From an uncultured Chloroflexia bacterium (lineage in GTDB: Bacteria; Chloroflexota; Limnocylindria; Limnocylindrales; CSP1-4), in assembly GCA_963766735.1 (NCBI GenBank), contig CAVYBU010000008.1:128001-192000 (forward strand): DNA of 64,000 bases, given 5' to 3'. Below are positions 29,907-39,183 of this stretch, in pieces. The translations under genes and the position numbers were made by a program. The notes under the pieces are model-generated. The model was not told where the DNA came from. It searched no databases and saw only the letters and a list, made by a program, of their open reading frames with translations. Position 1 is the stretch's first letter, and each line of letters begins with the position of its first letter.

Positions 29907-30081
29907 TCATCGCGCACGCGCCCCCCCAGTTGCATCCGTCGGGGGATAGAACTGCGATACAGGGCGGTGCCGGGACGCACCGGGAAGCCTGTATCCTCCG
30001 GCCCTCCCATGGATCGCGCGCACGCGTGAGAGGGGCCGGATGGCCCGTGCACGGCCCCGGAGCGATCCGACAGCAGCGCCG

Positions 30082-30600
30082 TCAGGCCGGCAGCAATTCC
30101 TTGGGCGTGTCGAAGTTGCCGGGCACGTCCACCTCGATGACGTCGCCGGTGATCCGGATCGGGAACTGCCGGAGGGGCGTGGTGGGCTTGCCGGAGATCA
30201 CGCTTCCGTCCAGGGCGAACTGGCCGTCGTGGCAGTGGCAGGAGAACTGCCCGACGTCCGGGAGCCAGCCGTAGGAGCACAGCCCGTGGGTGCAGCGCGG
30301 GTCGTAGGCGATGATCTCCCCGGAGGACTTCTTCACCAGCCACACGGAGGCGGCCGTCGGCCTGCCGCCCAGGTCCACGGTGAACTCGACCTCCGTGGGG
30401 GTGCCCGGGACGAGGTCGTCCGGGTCGGTGTCCAGCTCCACGGGGACGGGCGGCCCGGCGCAGCCGGCGAGGATGCTGCCCAGGCTGCCCGCCGCCAGCG
30501 CGCCGACGCCGATGAGCAGCAGGACACGACGCCTTGGGACCGGCGTGGTGCGTGGATCGAAGGCCGGTGCGGTCTGCGGCCGGCGGAGGTCGTCGCCCAT
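30082..30600 (-). CDS. Second Rieske [2Fe-2S] protein (Tat-like lipoprotein)
   Basis: RRRVLL, LAGC lipobox, CTHGLC and CHCHDGQF; start ATG 30600. Confidence 0.8.
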   Translation of the reverse strand: MGDDLRRPQTAPAFDPRTTPVPRRRVLLLIGVGALAAGSLGSILAGCAGPPVPVELDTDPDDLVPGTPTEVEFTVDLGGRPTAASVWLVKKSSGEIIAYDPRCTHGLCSYGWLPDVGQFSCHCHDGQFALDGSVISGKPTTPLRQFPIRITGDVIEVDVPGNFDTPKELLPA

Positions 30601-30613
30601 AACGGGCGACAGA

Positions 30614-31024
30614 CTAGCCCGGAATCGGCGAGGGCTGCAGGCTGGGGTCCGCGTCGGCGGCAGGTGCGGGCTTGCCGGCGGCACCGACCACCGCGCGGAT
30701 CGCGGCCAGGAAGTCGTCCGGGCGGGTGGACAGGGTCTCGCGGCGAAGGGTCCAGGCGCGGGTGGTGGTGATGTCCACGTCCAGCACCACGGGGCAGTCG
30801 GACCGGCGGACGACATCTGCGGCATCAACCGCGCCGCCCTCCTCCACCACGATCACGTCCGGGTCCAGGGCGATGGCGGCATCAACCGCCTCCGTGATGC
30901 CGATGTCCACGGCATCCACGGCCACCCCGGGCTCGGCGGCGAGCATCTTCAGCAGCCCCTCCCCCATCAGGGGATGGCTGTACAGGAGAAGCACGCGCAC
31001 CGGATCTGGCGACACGATGGGCAT
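30614..31024 (-). CDS. Stand-alone degenerate receiver-like domain protein
   Basis: VRVLLLYSHPLMGEGL...DPDVIVVE follows the NarL-type receiver pattern, but the acidic pair and phospho-Asp are not conserved. Confidence 0.6.
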   Translation of the reverse strand: MPIVSPDPVRVLLLYSHPLMGEGLLKMLAAEPGVAVDAVDIGITEAVDAAIALDPDVIVVEEGGAVDAADVVRRSDCPVVLDVDITTTRAWTLRRETLSTRPDDFLAAIRAVVGAAGKPAPAADADPSLQPSPIPG

Positions 31025-31174
31025 CCTCGAGCGCGCGGGTCGCTGACGTACGTCCCGTAATGGGATGCTAGGGGTACGGGGCGTTCAATCCAATCCGTCG
31101 CCCGGCACAACCTGCGCCGGGGCCGGATGTATCCGACGGGGGACGCCGGGGTGTGCCCGATCCGCCCTTCGAGG

Positions 31175-31867
31175 TCAATCCCGGTTCGGCTCCTGGTTCG
31201 CGTAGCCCTGCCGAACCGCGTAGGCGGCCGCCTGCACCCGGTTGGTGAGGTGGAGCTTCTCCAGGGCGTTGTGGACGTGGTTCTTGACCGTGCCCTCGGT
31301 GATCGTCAGCTCGTTGGCGATCTCCTTGTTGGACATCCCCGCGGCGACCAGCTGGAGGATCTCCGACTCGCGGCGGGTCAGGACGGTGGGCTGGGGTGCT
31401 GCCGCGGCCTGGCCGCGCGTGGGGATCCCGCCGGTGCGCAGGGCCTCCAGCAGCCGGGTGGCCACCGCGGGGGCGATGGGCGCCTCGCCGCGCATCACGC
31501 CGCGCATGTCCTCGAACAGCTGCTCTGGGCGGACGTTCTTGAGCAGGTAGCCGTTGGCGCCGGCCTTGATCGACTCGAACAGGTCGTCGTCGTCCTCGGA
31601 CACCGTGAGCATGACGATGGGCGTCTTGATCCCGGCAGCACGGATGGCCGCAACGCCGTCAACGCCCGAGGCGACAGGCATGTTCACGTCCATGATCACG
31701 AGATCGGGATGGAGCGCGCGGACCTTCTCCAGGGCGTCGCGACCGTTCTCACCCTCGCCCACGACCGTCATGTCGAACTGGGCGCTGATCAGGGTCGCGA
31801 GCGCCCTGCGGAACAGGGGCTGGTCATCGACGAGCAGCACCCGGAGCTTCGGAGGAAGGTGTTCCAC
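31175..31867 (-). CDS. NarL/FixJ family response regulator (REC + LuxR HTH)
   Basis: VLLVDD, PDLVIMDVNMP, GANGYLLK, LTRRESEIL...GMSNKEIA...TVKNH. Confidence 0.92.
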   Translation of the reverse strand: MEHLPPKLRVLLVDDQPLFRRALATLISAQFDMTVVGEGENGRDALEKVRALHPDLVIMDVNMPVASGVDGVAAIRAAGIKTPIVMLTVSEDDDDLFESIKAGANGYLLKNVRPEQLFEDMRGVMRGEAPIAPAVATRLLEALRTGGIPTRGQAAAAPQPTVLTRRESEILQLVAAGMSNKEIANELTITEGTVKNHVHNALEKLHLTNRVQAAAYAVRQGYANQEPNRD

Positions 31868-33635
31868 GCATGTCCTCTGGGTCGAGCTGGACGACGATCG
31901 TCGTCCCGTGTTGCGGGGCAGTCTGCACATCGATGCTGCCACCGATCTGCTCGACCCGCTCGCGCATGGACTTCAGGCCGAAGCCGCCTTCCATGGAGCT
32001 GGCGATGGTCGAAGGGTCGAAGCCTACGCCATCGTCCTCGATCGTGAGCGTGGCGCCGGCGCCGAGGCAGTCGATCCGAATGCTGACGCGGTGCGCCTGC
32101 GAGTGCTTGCGCGTGTTGGTGAGCGCCTCCTGGACCACGCGCAGCAGCTGGACCTCTGACCGCGGCGTCAGGGCGCGGCGGGTGTCGCCCTCGCAGGTGA
32201 GCGTGGCGACGATGCCCGTCTGGCGGCTGTACTTGCGCAGGTATTCGCGGAGCGAGCCCTCAAGGCCGTCATCCTCGCGAACGGTCTCGCGCAGACCCAG
32301 GATGGCCTCACGGACGTCGCGGTAGGCCTCGTCAGCGGTCTCCGCGATGGCGGACAGCTCGTCCGCGATGCCGAGGCTCGCCTCGTCCTTGGCCCGGGCC
32401 TCAAGCGACCTGAGCTGGAGGTGGATCACGCCCAGGACCTGGGCGAGGCTGTCGTGAAGCTCCCGGGCGATGCGGTCGCGTTCGGCGTGGATCGTCCACT
32501 GCTCCTCGGCCTCGTGGAGGCGCGCGGTGCGGACGGCGATCGAGGCCATGTCCGCGAGGGCACCCAGGAGGCTGCGCTCCTGGGCCGTGAATGGGGCGCC
32601 TGGACGGACCACGCACAGCTCGCCCAGCGTTCCGTCGGGCCCGCGCATCGGACGGGCGGCCCAGGTGTCCGCCTCGTTCATGACCGGGAGCGGACAGAGC
32701 GGGTTCCGCGGGTGCTGGGCGGAGGCATCCTCGTGGGCGAGGAAGCAGACGCTGCCGTCGTCGGACATCGCCAGGCGCTCGCGGCTGGTGGCGGTGCGCG
32801 CGACGGTGTCGCGGACCTCGCTGAGGCAGACCACGGCCCGCTCCGCCCCGAGGAGGTCCCGGGCGTGGGAGGTGATGGTGTCGAGGGTGTCGCGCAGGTC
32901 GTTGCGGCTGGTCAGCTGGAGGGCGACGGCGTACAGAGCCTCTCGCTCCAGCTCGCGGCGGTGGAGGTCCGCGACGGTGATGCCCAGCTGGGCGGCGCCG
33001 GCGATCTCGCCCGCGATGTCCGCGAGGGCAGCCTCAGAGACATCCGGCTCCACGGGCGGGTGGAACGCGAGCCGGACATGGCCGATGCGATCGGTGCCGC
33101 GGATGAGCGGGAGGTCCAGGACGCCGGTGTCCACCCCCGGACGCTGGCTGTAGCGCGGGGCGTCCACGGCCGGGTCCAGGGGCTCGGCCAGAATGGAGCC
33201 GACCCAGGTGAGGCCTTGTGGGAGCGTGGCGGGGCGCTGGATCACGAGCGGACGGCCGTCGGTGCCGCGGACGGTGATGCTGCCCGCCAGGGCGCCGGTC
33301 TGGGTGGCGAGACGGTCCAGCGACTGTTCCAGGAGGTCGGGCAGAGAGTGGCCGCCCCGGACGGCGGAGCTGACCGCGTGGGTGACCGTGAGGTCCTTGT
33401 TCTGCGCGACCAGCTGCTTCTGCGCCCGGTCGAGGTAGATGGACACGATGGTGGCGAACACGACGATCGCCCCGCCCATGATCATCGCGGAGGCGACGTG
33501 GCTGGAGTCGTTGCTGGACGTGGGGTCCAGGACCAGGAAGCGGCCGAGCTCGAACAGCCAGACGAAGACGATCGGCAGGATCATCGTCGCCCACTTGAGG
33601 CGGTTGAGGTCGCGGGTGCCCAGGGGATCGCTCAT
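31824..33635 (-). CDS. NarX-like sensor histidine kinase (2 TM, GAF-like domains, HisKA_3, HATPase_c)
   Basis: ERDRIARELHDSLAQ, QEALTNTRKH, IEDDGVGF and GFGLKSMRER. Confidence 0.9.
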   Translation of the reverse strand: MSDPLGTRDLNRLKWATMILPIVFVWLFELGRFLVLDPTSSNDSSHVASAMIMGGAIVVFATIVSIYLDRAQKQLVAQNKDLTVTHAVSSAVRGGHSLPDLLEQSLDRLATQTGALAGSITVRGTDGRPLVIQRPATLPQGLTWVGSILAEPLDPAVDAPRYSQRPGVDTGVLDLPLIRGTDRIGHVRLAFHPPVEPDVSEAALADIAGEIAGAAQLGITVADLHRRELEREALYAVALQLTSRNDLRDTLDTITSHARDLLGAERAVVCLSEVRDTVARTATSRERLAMSDDGSVCFLAHEDASAQHPRNPLCPLPVMNEADTWAARPMRGPDGTLGELCVVRPGAPFTAQERSLLGALADMASIAVRTARLHEAEEQWTIHAERDRIARELHDSLAQVLGVIHLQLRSLEARAKDEASLGIADELSAIAETADEAYRDVREAILGLRETVREDDGLEGSLREYLRKYSRQTGIVATLTCEGDTRRALTPRSEVQLLRVVQEALTNTRKHSQAHRVSIRIDCLGAGATLTIEDDGVGFDPSTIASSMEGGFGLKSMRERVEQIGGSIDVQTAPQHGTTIVVQLDPEDMRGTPSSEAPGAARR

Positions 33636-33865
33636 CGCATCGAATGTGCCTTTCGATAGACATGGTGCCATAGGGCCGGGTGGCCCGTGCTCGCCCGGGT
33701 CACGTGGCCTGCAGCGGCGGGCTCGGTCACGGGCTGCCGCGCGCGGCGTTGAGGCGGACGGTTGCCGCCGAGGGTTGCGCGGGCCGCTGCGGTGTTGCCG
33801 TCGGCGTGTTGCCGTCGGCGGAAGGCGAGCTCCGCCGGATCAGAGCCGGATCAGCGCCTGGGGTC

Positions 33866-34939
33866 TCAGGATCGCGCCTCGTCCTCGCGCTGGCCCTTCG
33901 GGCGCACCTGCACGAACTCGAAGCCGAACCGGCCCTTGATGCACAAGTTGCCTTCCGTCACGTCGGAGTCGGCCGGCGAGAGCACCTTGACGATCCGGTT
34001 GTCCTGGACGTGCAACTCGAGCGTGCAGCCCACGCCGCAATACGGGCAGATCGTGTTCGTGACCGTCTGCGCGGACTCGTCCCAGGTGCCCGCCTGTCGC
34101 AGCTCGTACTCGGAGCTGAACATCAGCGCCCCGGTCGGGCAGACGTTGATGCAGTTGCCGCAGAAGACGCAGGCACCCTCGGCGAGCGGGATGTCGTACT
34201 CGGTCGAGATCCGGGCATCGAAGCCGCGCCCGGCGACCGAGATCGCGAAGCTGTTCTGGGCGTCAACACCGCACGCCTCGACGCACTTGTAGCAGAGGAT
34301 GCAGCGCGCGTAGTCCCGGACGAAGAGGTTGTTGTCCACCTTCACGGGCTGGGCGACGGTCTCGGCCGCGGACCCGTCGAGGGCGTGGTGGTGGCCGGCA
34401 TCGCGCCTGTCGCGCTCACCCGCCGCGGCCGGGGGGGCCGGCGGCCCGAACCGCGCGGGATCTGCCTCGTACTCCGCCATGTACGCGGCGATGGACCCAT
34501 CCGGCAGCGCGGGACCGGCGAGGTCCACGTCCACCGACGAGCCGAGCAGCTCCAGGACGAGCTTCCGCGAGACCCTGACGCGCTCGTTCTCGGTGCTGAC
34601 GCTCATGCCCTGCGAGACCTTGGCCGAGCAGGACGGGGCGAGAACCCGGCCTCCGGTGTCGACGACGCACAGGCGGCAGACGCCCTCTGGCTGCACCGTC
34701 TCGCCGTAGCAGAGCGTGGGAATGTCGATGCCCTGGGCGCGGCATGCCTCGAGGATCGTGGTGCCGGCGGCGACCGTCACGGGCTCGCCGTCGATGGTCA
34801 GCTCGACCTGCTTCGGCTCCGGGCGCACGGGCCTGGTGGGGAGCACGGGCGAGCGGGCCGGCTGGCTCGTGAAGATGACCGGGTCAACGCCCGTGTACGG
34901 GACCTTCGGCGCCGTCACGCCGGCATCCTCGAGGCTCAT
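33866..34939 (-). CDS. Fe-S subunit of a split formate dehydrogenase (NuoG/FdsA N-terminal-like)
   Basis: IPTLC...CRLC...C (2Fe-2S); CILCYKC and CVFCGNC (2 x 4Fe-4S); CPYCGVGC...LCIKGRFG (Mo-bisPGD proximal 4Fe-4S). ATG overlaps the upstream TGA. Confidence 0.88.
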   Translation of the reverse strand: MSLEDAGVTAPKVPYTGVDPVIFTSQPARSPVLPTRPVRPEPKQVELTIDGEPVTVAAGTTILEACRAQGIDIPTLCYGETVQPEGVCRLCVVDTGGRVLAPSCSAKVSQGMSVSTENERVRVSRKLVLELLGSSVDVDLAGPALPDGSIAAYMAEYEADPARFGPPAPPAAAGERDRRDAGHHHALDGSAAETVAQPVKVDNNLFVRDYARCILCYKCVEACGVDAQNSFAISVAGRGFDARISTEYDIPLAEGACVFCGNCINVCPTGALMFSSEYELRQAGTWDESAQTVTNTICPYCGVGCTLELHVQDNRIVKVLSPADSDVTEGNLCIKGRFGFEFVQVRPKGQREDEARS

Positions 34940-36855
34940 GCGAGCACCCCCTGCAGGCGCAGGCCGCTTGCGACCGCGTCGTTGGCGGTCTGGCCCAGGC
35001 CGCAGATCGAGGCGTCCCGCAGGACCTGACCGAGATCCTTGAGAAGCGCCAGCTCGTCTGCGGGCGTCCCTCGCGGCTTGCCGGCGATCAGCCGAGCCAG
35101 GAGCTCCTCCTGGCGGACCGTGCCCACACGGCACGGGACGCACTGGCCGCACGACTCGTCTCGGAAGAACTCGGCGATGCGGCGGAGGATGTCGAGCACG
35201 TCGGCCGTCTCGTCGAAGACGACCACCGCGCCGGCGCCGATCGTGGCACCCGCCGCCTTGGTGTCCTCGAACGTGAGCGGCATGTCGAGAGCCTCCGGCC
35301 CGACGAACACGCCGGCAGCGCCGCCCAGGTTGACCGCCTTCAGCGCACGACCGCCCGCCATCCCGCCGGCAAGCTCGATCAGGTCGCGGAGCGTGATCCC
35401 GAACTCCGTCTCGTAGACGCCCGGCCGGGCGACGTGACCCGAGACGCTGAACAGCTTGTGGCCCGCGGACTTCGCCGTGCCCAGGGCCGCGTACGCCGCG
35501 CCGCCCTCGAGCACGATCCCCGGGATGTTGGCGAGGGTCTCGACGTTGTTCATGACGGTCGGCTTCTGGAACAGGCCTGCCGTGGTGGATCGGGCGGCCT
35601 TGTTGCGCGGCTCGCCGCGCTTGCCCTCGATCAATTCGTACAGGGCCGTGCCCTCGCCGCAGATGTAGGCGCCGCCGCCACGGCGGATCTCGATGTCGAA
35701 GGCGAAACCGCTGTTCATCACATCCGGACCGAGAAGCCCGGCTTCCCGCGCCCGGGCGATGGCGTTGGCCATCCGCGCTTCACCCAGCGGGTACTCGCCG
35801 CGGATGTAGAGGTAGCCCCGCTCGGCGCCGAACGCGAAGCCGCCGATCGTCATCGCCTCGACCAGCGAGAACGGATCCTCCTCGAGGATCGCCCGGTCCT
35901 TGAACGTGCCGGGCTCTGCCTCGTCCGCGTTGCACACGAGGTACTTGACCGGTCCCGGGGATGCGGCGGCCGCCTTCCACTTCGTCCCGGCGGGGACCGC
36001 AGCACCGCCGCGGCCGAGGACCCCGGCCGTGACGACCTCCTCGATGACCCGCTGTGGCCCGACGTCGATGGCCGCCTTCAGGGCCCGGTAGCCGTTGTTG
36101 GCGAGGTAGTCCGTGAGGCTCGTGGGATCGATGCGGCCGACCCGGGCGAGGAGGCGGAGCCCGCCCTCCCCGACCTGGGGCATGAACCTTCGCAGGGCCT
36201 CGAGGCGCTCCGGGCTGGGGACCGTGTCCAGGGTCCCGGCCAGCGCGTCCGAGTGCTCCAGGCCGCGGAGACCGGCCTCGAGGTGGGCGATGATCGCCGG
36301 CGCATCGACCGGGCCGATGGAGCGGCGGACGGGGGGATCGCCGGCGACAGTGAACATGGCCGCGGGTGCACGCTCGCACTGGCCGAGGCACGGACTCCGC
36401 TTCCAGGTCATCGTCGCCCCCGGGGCGGGCTCTCCGGCCGGACCCAGCTCACGTTCGAGGGCCTCGCAGACGTCCTCGGCGCCGGCGAGCCGGCAGGCCA
36501 TGTCGTCGCAGACGTGGACGACGGCTGGGGGCGTGGATACGGTCGACAGCAGCGCGTAGAAGGAGGCGACGCCGTAGGCCTCGGCGGGTGGGACGGTCAG
36601 GCGCCGGCAGATGTAGGCGAGCGCGCCGGGGCTGATCCAGCCGACAGCATCCGTGGCCGCGTGGAACGCGGGCAGGAGCATGTCACGGTGGGACCTGGCC
36701 TCGTGGCCGCCGCGGGCGACGCGCCCGTCCTTCTCGATATCCCGGTCGCCGCCGTCCCAGCCCCCGTGGACGGAGCCGATATCCGGATCGAGGACGGCGT
36801 CGATTGCAGCCCGTTCTGCCGTTGTTGCGGCGGTGTCGACGATGTGGAGATCCAT
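34936..36855 (-). CDS. NuoE-NuoF fusion flavoprotein (NAD(P)H-linked subunit of FDH)
   Basis: GVASFY, VCDDMAC and CLGQC (NuoE-like); GRGGA, CNADEAEPG, YICGE, NNVET, ESCGQCVPCRVG and SICGLG (NuoF-like). Confidence 0.9.
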   Translation of the reverse strand: MDLHIVDTAATTAERAAIDAVLDPDIGSVHGGWDGGDRDIEKDGRVARGGHEARSHRDMLLPAFHAATDAVGWISPGALAYICRRLTVPPAEAYGVASFYALLSTVSTPPAVVHVCDDMACRLAGAEDVCEALERELGPAGEPAPGATMTWKRSPCLGQCERAPAAMFTVAGDPPVRRSIGPVDAPAIIAHLEAGLRGLEHSDALAGTLDTVPSPERLEALRRFMPQVGEGGLRLLARVGRIDPTSLTDYLANNGYRALKAAIDVGPQRVIEEVVTAGVLGRGGAAVPAGTKWKAAAASPGPVKYLVCNADEAEPGTFKDRAILEEDPFSLVEAMTIGGFAFGAERGYLYIRGEYPLGEARMANAIARAREAGLLGPDVMNSGFAFDIEIRRGGGAYICGEGTALYELIEGKRGEPRNKAARSTTAGLFQKPTVMNNVETLANIPGIVLEGGAAYAALGTAKSAGHKLFSVSGHVARPGVYETEFGITLRDLIELAGGMAGGRALKAVNLGGAAGVFVGPEALDMPLTFEDTKAAGATIGAGAVVVFDETADVLDILRRIAEFFRDESCGQCVPCRVGTVRQEELLARLIAGKPRGTPADELALLKDLGQVLRDASICGLGQTANDAVASGLRLQGVLA

Positions 36856-36990
36856 GATGATCGAGTGTACGACCGAGGCCTATCGCGCCGCTGGGCGATT
36901 CCCGCTCCCGCAACCCAACCCGGTGTGGAACCGAGAGGCGGGCCCCCGGTCGGGAGCCCGCCTGATGCGAGGGGGAGACGCGCTGTCGCG

Positions 36991-38250
36991 CTAGCCTGCC
37001 GACCTCGGCACCTGCATTCCCTGCTTGACCTGGTGCGGCTTCCCGGCCGTGTTGGGACGGACGTCGAAGTCGAAGATCCGCGTGGGGATGTAGACGGTTG
37101 CACACGAGTTGGGGATGTCCACCACGCCGGAGAACCGTCCCTCGACTGGTGCCGACCCCAGGATCATGTAGGCCTGGATATCGGTATAGCCGAACTTCAT
37201 CAGGTAGTCGATGGCGTGGTGGCAGGCGCGCTCGTAGGACAGCTGGCTGTCCAGGTAGTGCTGCTTGCCCGACTCCAGCTCGACCGACACGCCCGAGAAC
37301 GCGATCCACTCGGAGTACTGGGGGTCGCGGATGCCGGGCAGGAAGATCGCGTTCTCGCCGACGCCGTAGGTGGCCATGCCGCCCTTGATGACGTCAACGC
37401 GCAGGTCCATGAACCCGCCCATCTCGATTGCGCCGCAGAAGGTGATCTCGCCATCTCCCTGGGAGAAGTGCAGGTCACCGAACGACAGCTTGGCACCCTT
37501 GACGTAGACCGGATAGAAGATCCGGCTCCCCGCCGTGAGGTTCTTGATGTCCTGGTTGCCGCCATTCTCGCGAGGCGGGGCCGTCCGGGCTGCCTCGGCG
37601 GCGACCCGGTCGAACTCGGCGCCCTTGAGCGTCCCCAGGATCGCGCTGTCCGGGAGCGGCGGGAGCGCCAGCGGCGGTACCCGGAGCGGGTCGGTCTTGA
37701 TCAGATCGGTCTCGCGCTTGGTCCACCGCGCCAGGAGCTCGGCCGAAGGAGCCGTGCCCATCAGGCCCGGGTGGTGAATGCCCACGTACGAGCATTCCGG
37801 GATGTGACGCGAGGTGGCGACGTCGCCCGTGAAGTCCCAGATCACCTTGTAGGCATCGGGGAACCGCTCGGTCAGGAAGCCACCGCCGTTCGACTTGGCG
37901 AACACGCCCGTGTAGCCCCAGCCCATGCCGGCGTACGGCCCCGAGTCCTCCTGGTCGCAGGCGTCGATCTCGAGGATGTCGACGACGAGCAGGTCGCCGG
38001 GCTCTGCCCCTTCGACGTTGAAGGGTCCACTGAGAACGTGCACGCCGGGAAGCGGGGCGTTGAGGACGTCATCTGCCGAGTCGTCGTTGTGGATGGCACC
38101 GTCGAACCACTCGCGGATGTCCGCCCGGAAGACGTCGCCCGGCTTGACGGTCACGTTCGCCGGGATGTCCGGGTGCCACCGGTTGTGGCCGACGTACTTC
38201 TGGTCGATGAACTTCTTGGTGTTGTCCAGCGGGAACAGGTTTCGAGGCAT
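36991..38250 (-). CDS. fmdA: Formamidase (FmdA/AmdA family)
   Basis: HNRWHPDIP, GWGYTG, HPGLMGTAPS, PPRENGGNQDIKNL, GDLHFSQGDGEITFCGAIEM and SGVVDIPN. Confidence 0.92.
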   Translation of the reverse strand: MPRNLFPLDNTKKFIDQKYVGHNRWHPDIPANVTVKPGDVFRADIREWFDGAIHNDDSADDVLNAPLPGVHVLSGPFNVEGAEPGDLLVVDILEIDACDQEDSGPYAGMGWGYTGVFAKSNGGGFLTERFPDAYKVIWDFTGDVATSRHIPECSYVGIHHPGLMGTAPSAELLARWTKRETDLIKTDPLRVPPLALPPLPDSAILGTLKGAEFDRVAAEAARTAPPRENGGNQDIKNLTAGSRIFYPVYVKGAKLSFGDLHFSQGDGEITFCGAIEMGGFMDLRVDVIKGGMATYGVGENAIFLPGIRDPQYSEWIAFSGVSVELESGKQHYLDSQLSYERACHHAIDYLMKFGYTDIQAYMILGSAPVEGRFSGVVDIPNSCATVYIPTRIFDFDVRPNTAGKPHQVKQGMQVPRSAG

Positions 38251-38372
38251 CGATACTCCTTTGCCACGCGCCGACCTTCGTCGGCGCTACGCGCAAGAAA
38301 CGTTGCGGTGGCTGGTGATCACCCCGCTTTCTTGTCTGCCTCTCCACCGCAGAGGCACCTTGTGGATGGCGA

Positions 38373-39038
38373 TCAGGCCGCGGCCGCGCTCACAGGGGCC
38401 GAGCCGGCGGCAGGCGTCTTCACCGTGAAGAAGTAGAGGACGGAGAGGGCGGCGAGGATGACGAAGATCGCGATCGCGAGCTCGTTCGTGATCTTGATCG
38501 GGAGCAGATCCCCACCAAGGAGCAGCAGCGCCGGGAGCCATCCCGTGAGAAGCCCCTGCGTCGCGCACACGGCCCCGGTGTACCGGGTCAGGGACGTCAT
38601 GCCCAGGCTGAGAACCAGCCAGAACAGGAACCACAGGAAGGCCCAGTTGAGCCACAGGACGCCGAGGACGTTGCTGACCGCATCCACCGGGCCACCAGCG
38701 TCGACGAGCCAGCCGGTCCGGAAGTTGAGGTATGCGTAGACGAGGGCGGCGATCACGACATAGCCGCAGAACCAGCCAAGGCCGCTGCCGTCCAGGTCAA
38801 AGGCGTTGTTCATGGCCACGTACAGGTACGTGAAACCAAAGAGGAACAGGCCCGATGCACCGAGGATCACGCCTGGATCGCCATCCGACGTGAAGATCAG
38901 GAACAAGGGCGTGACGACCTGGAGCAAGCCGACGAACACGTTCATCGGGATGAGCGACTTGCCCTTGACCCACCCGACCAGGCTCAGCCCGTTGATGAAC
39001 AGAACCGCACCGACATAGAGGAGCCCCACAGCGGCCAT
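38373..39038 (-). CDS. AmiS/UreI family amide/urea channel
   Basis: GLLYVGAVLFING, FLFGFTYLY, GLGWF and WAFLW motifs; adjacent to formamidase. Confidence 0.88.
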   Translation of the reverse strand: MAAVGLLYVGAVLFINGLSLVGWVKGKSLIPMNVFVGLLQVVTPLFLIFTSDGDPGVILGASGLFLFGFTYLYVAMNNAFDLDGSGLGWFCGYVVIAALVYAYLNFRTGWLVDAGGPVDAVSNVLGVLWLNWAFLWFLFWLVLSLGMTSLTRYTGAVCATQGLLTGWLPALLLLGGDLLPIKITNELAIAIFVILAALSVLYFFTVKTPAAGSAPVSAAAA

Positions 39039-39183
39039 TCGAAACGTCTCCCTTCTCACTCGGTTGACGGGAGTTGCGTTGACGATGCTTCAGCTCCCGG
39101 TCGGTCGCCTCGCAGGGACGGTCACCCAAGCGCAGGTCACACCGCGGCGGTGCCGCCGGTGCGTGAGCAACCCCGGCAGGCGG

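Noticed and set aside
13392-33635. Porin-cytochrome (MtrAB-type) conduit, or mobility of the cytochrome cluster
   Set aside because: No beta-barrel gene, and no mobility genes or flanking direct repeats recognised.
35434-38436. 1000-aa plus-strand ORF and other long overlapping ORFs (e.g. 16914..18674, 20065..21951, 51975..53531)
   Set aside because: Antisense shadows of well-supported genes, expected in high-GC DNA; no recognisable motifs.
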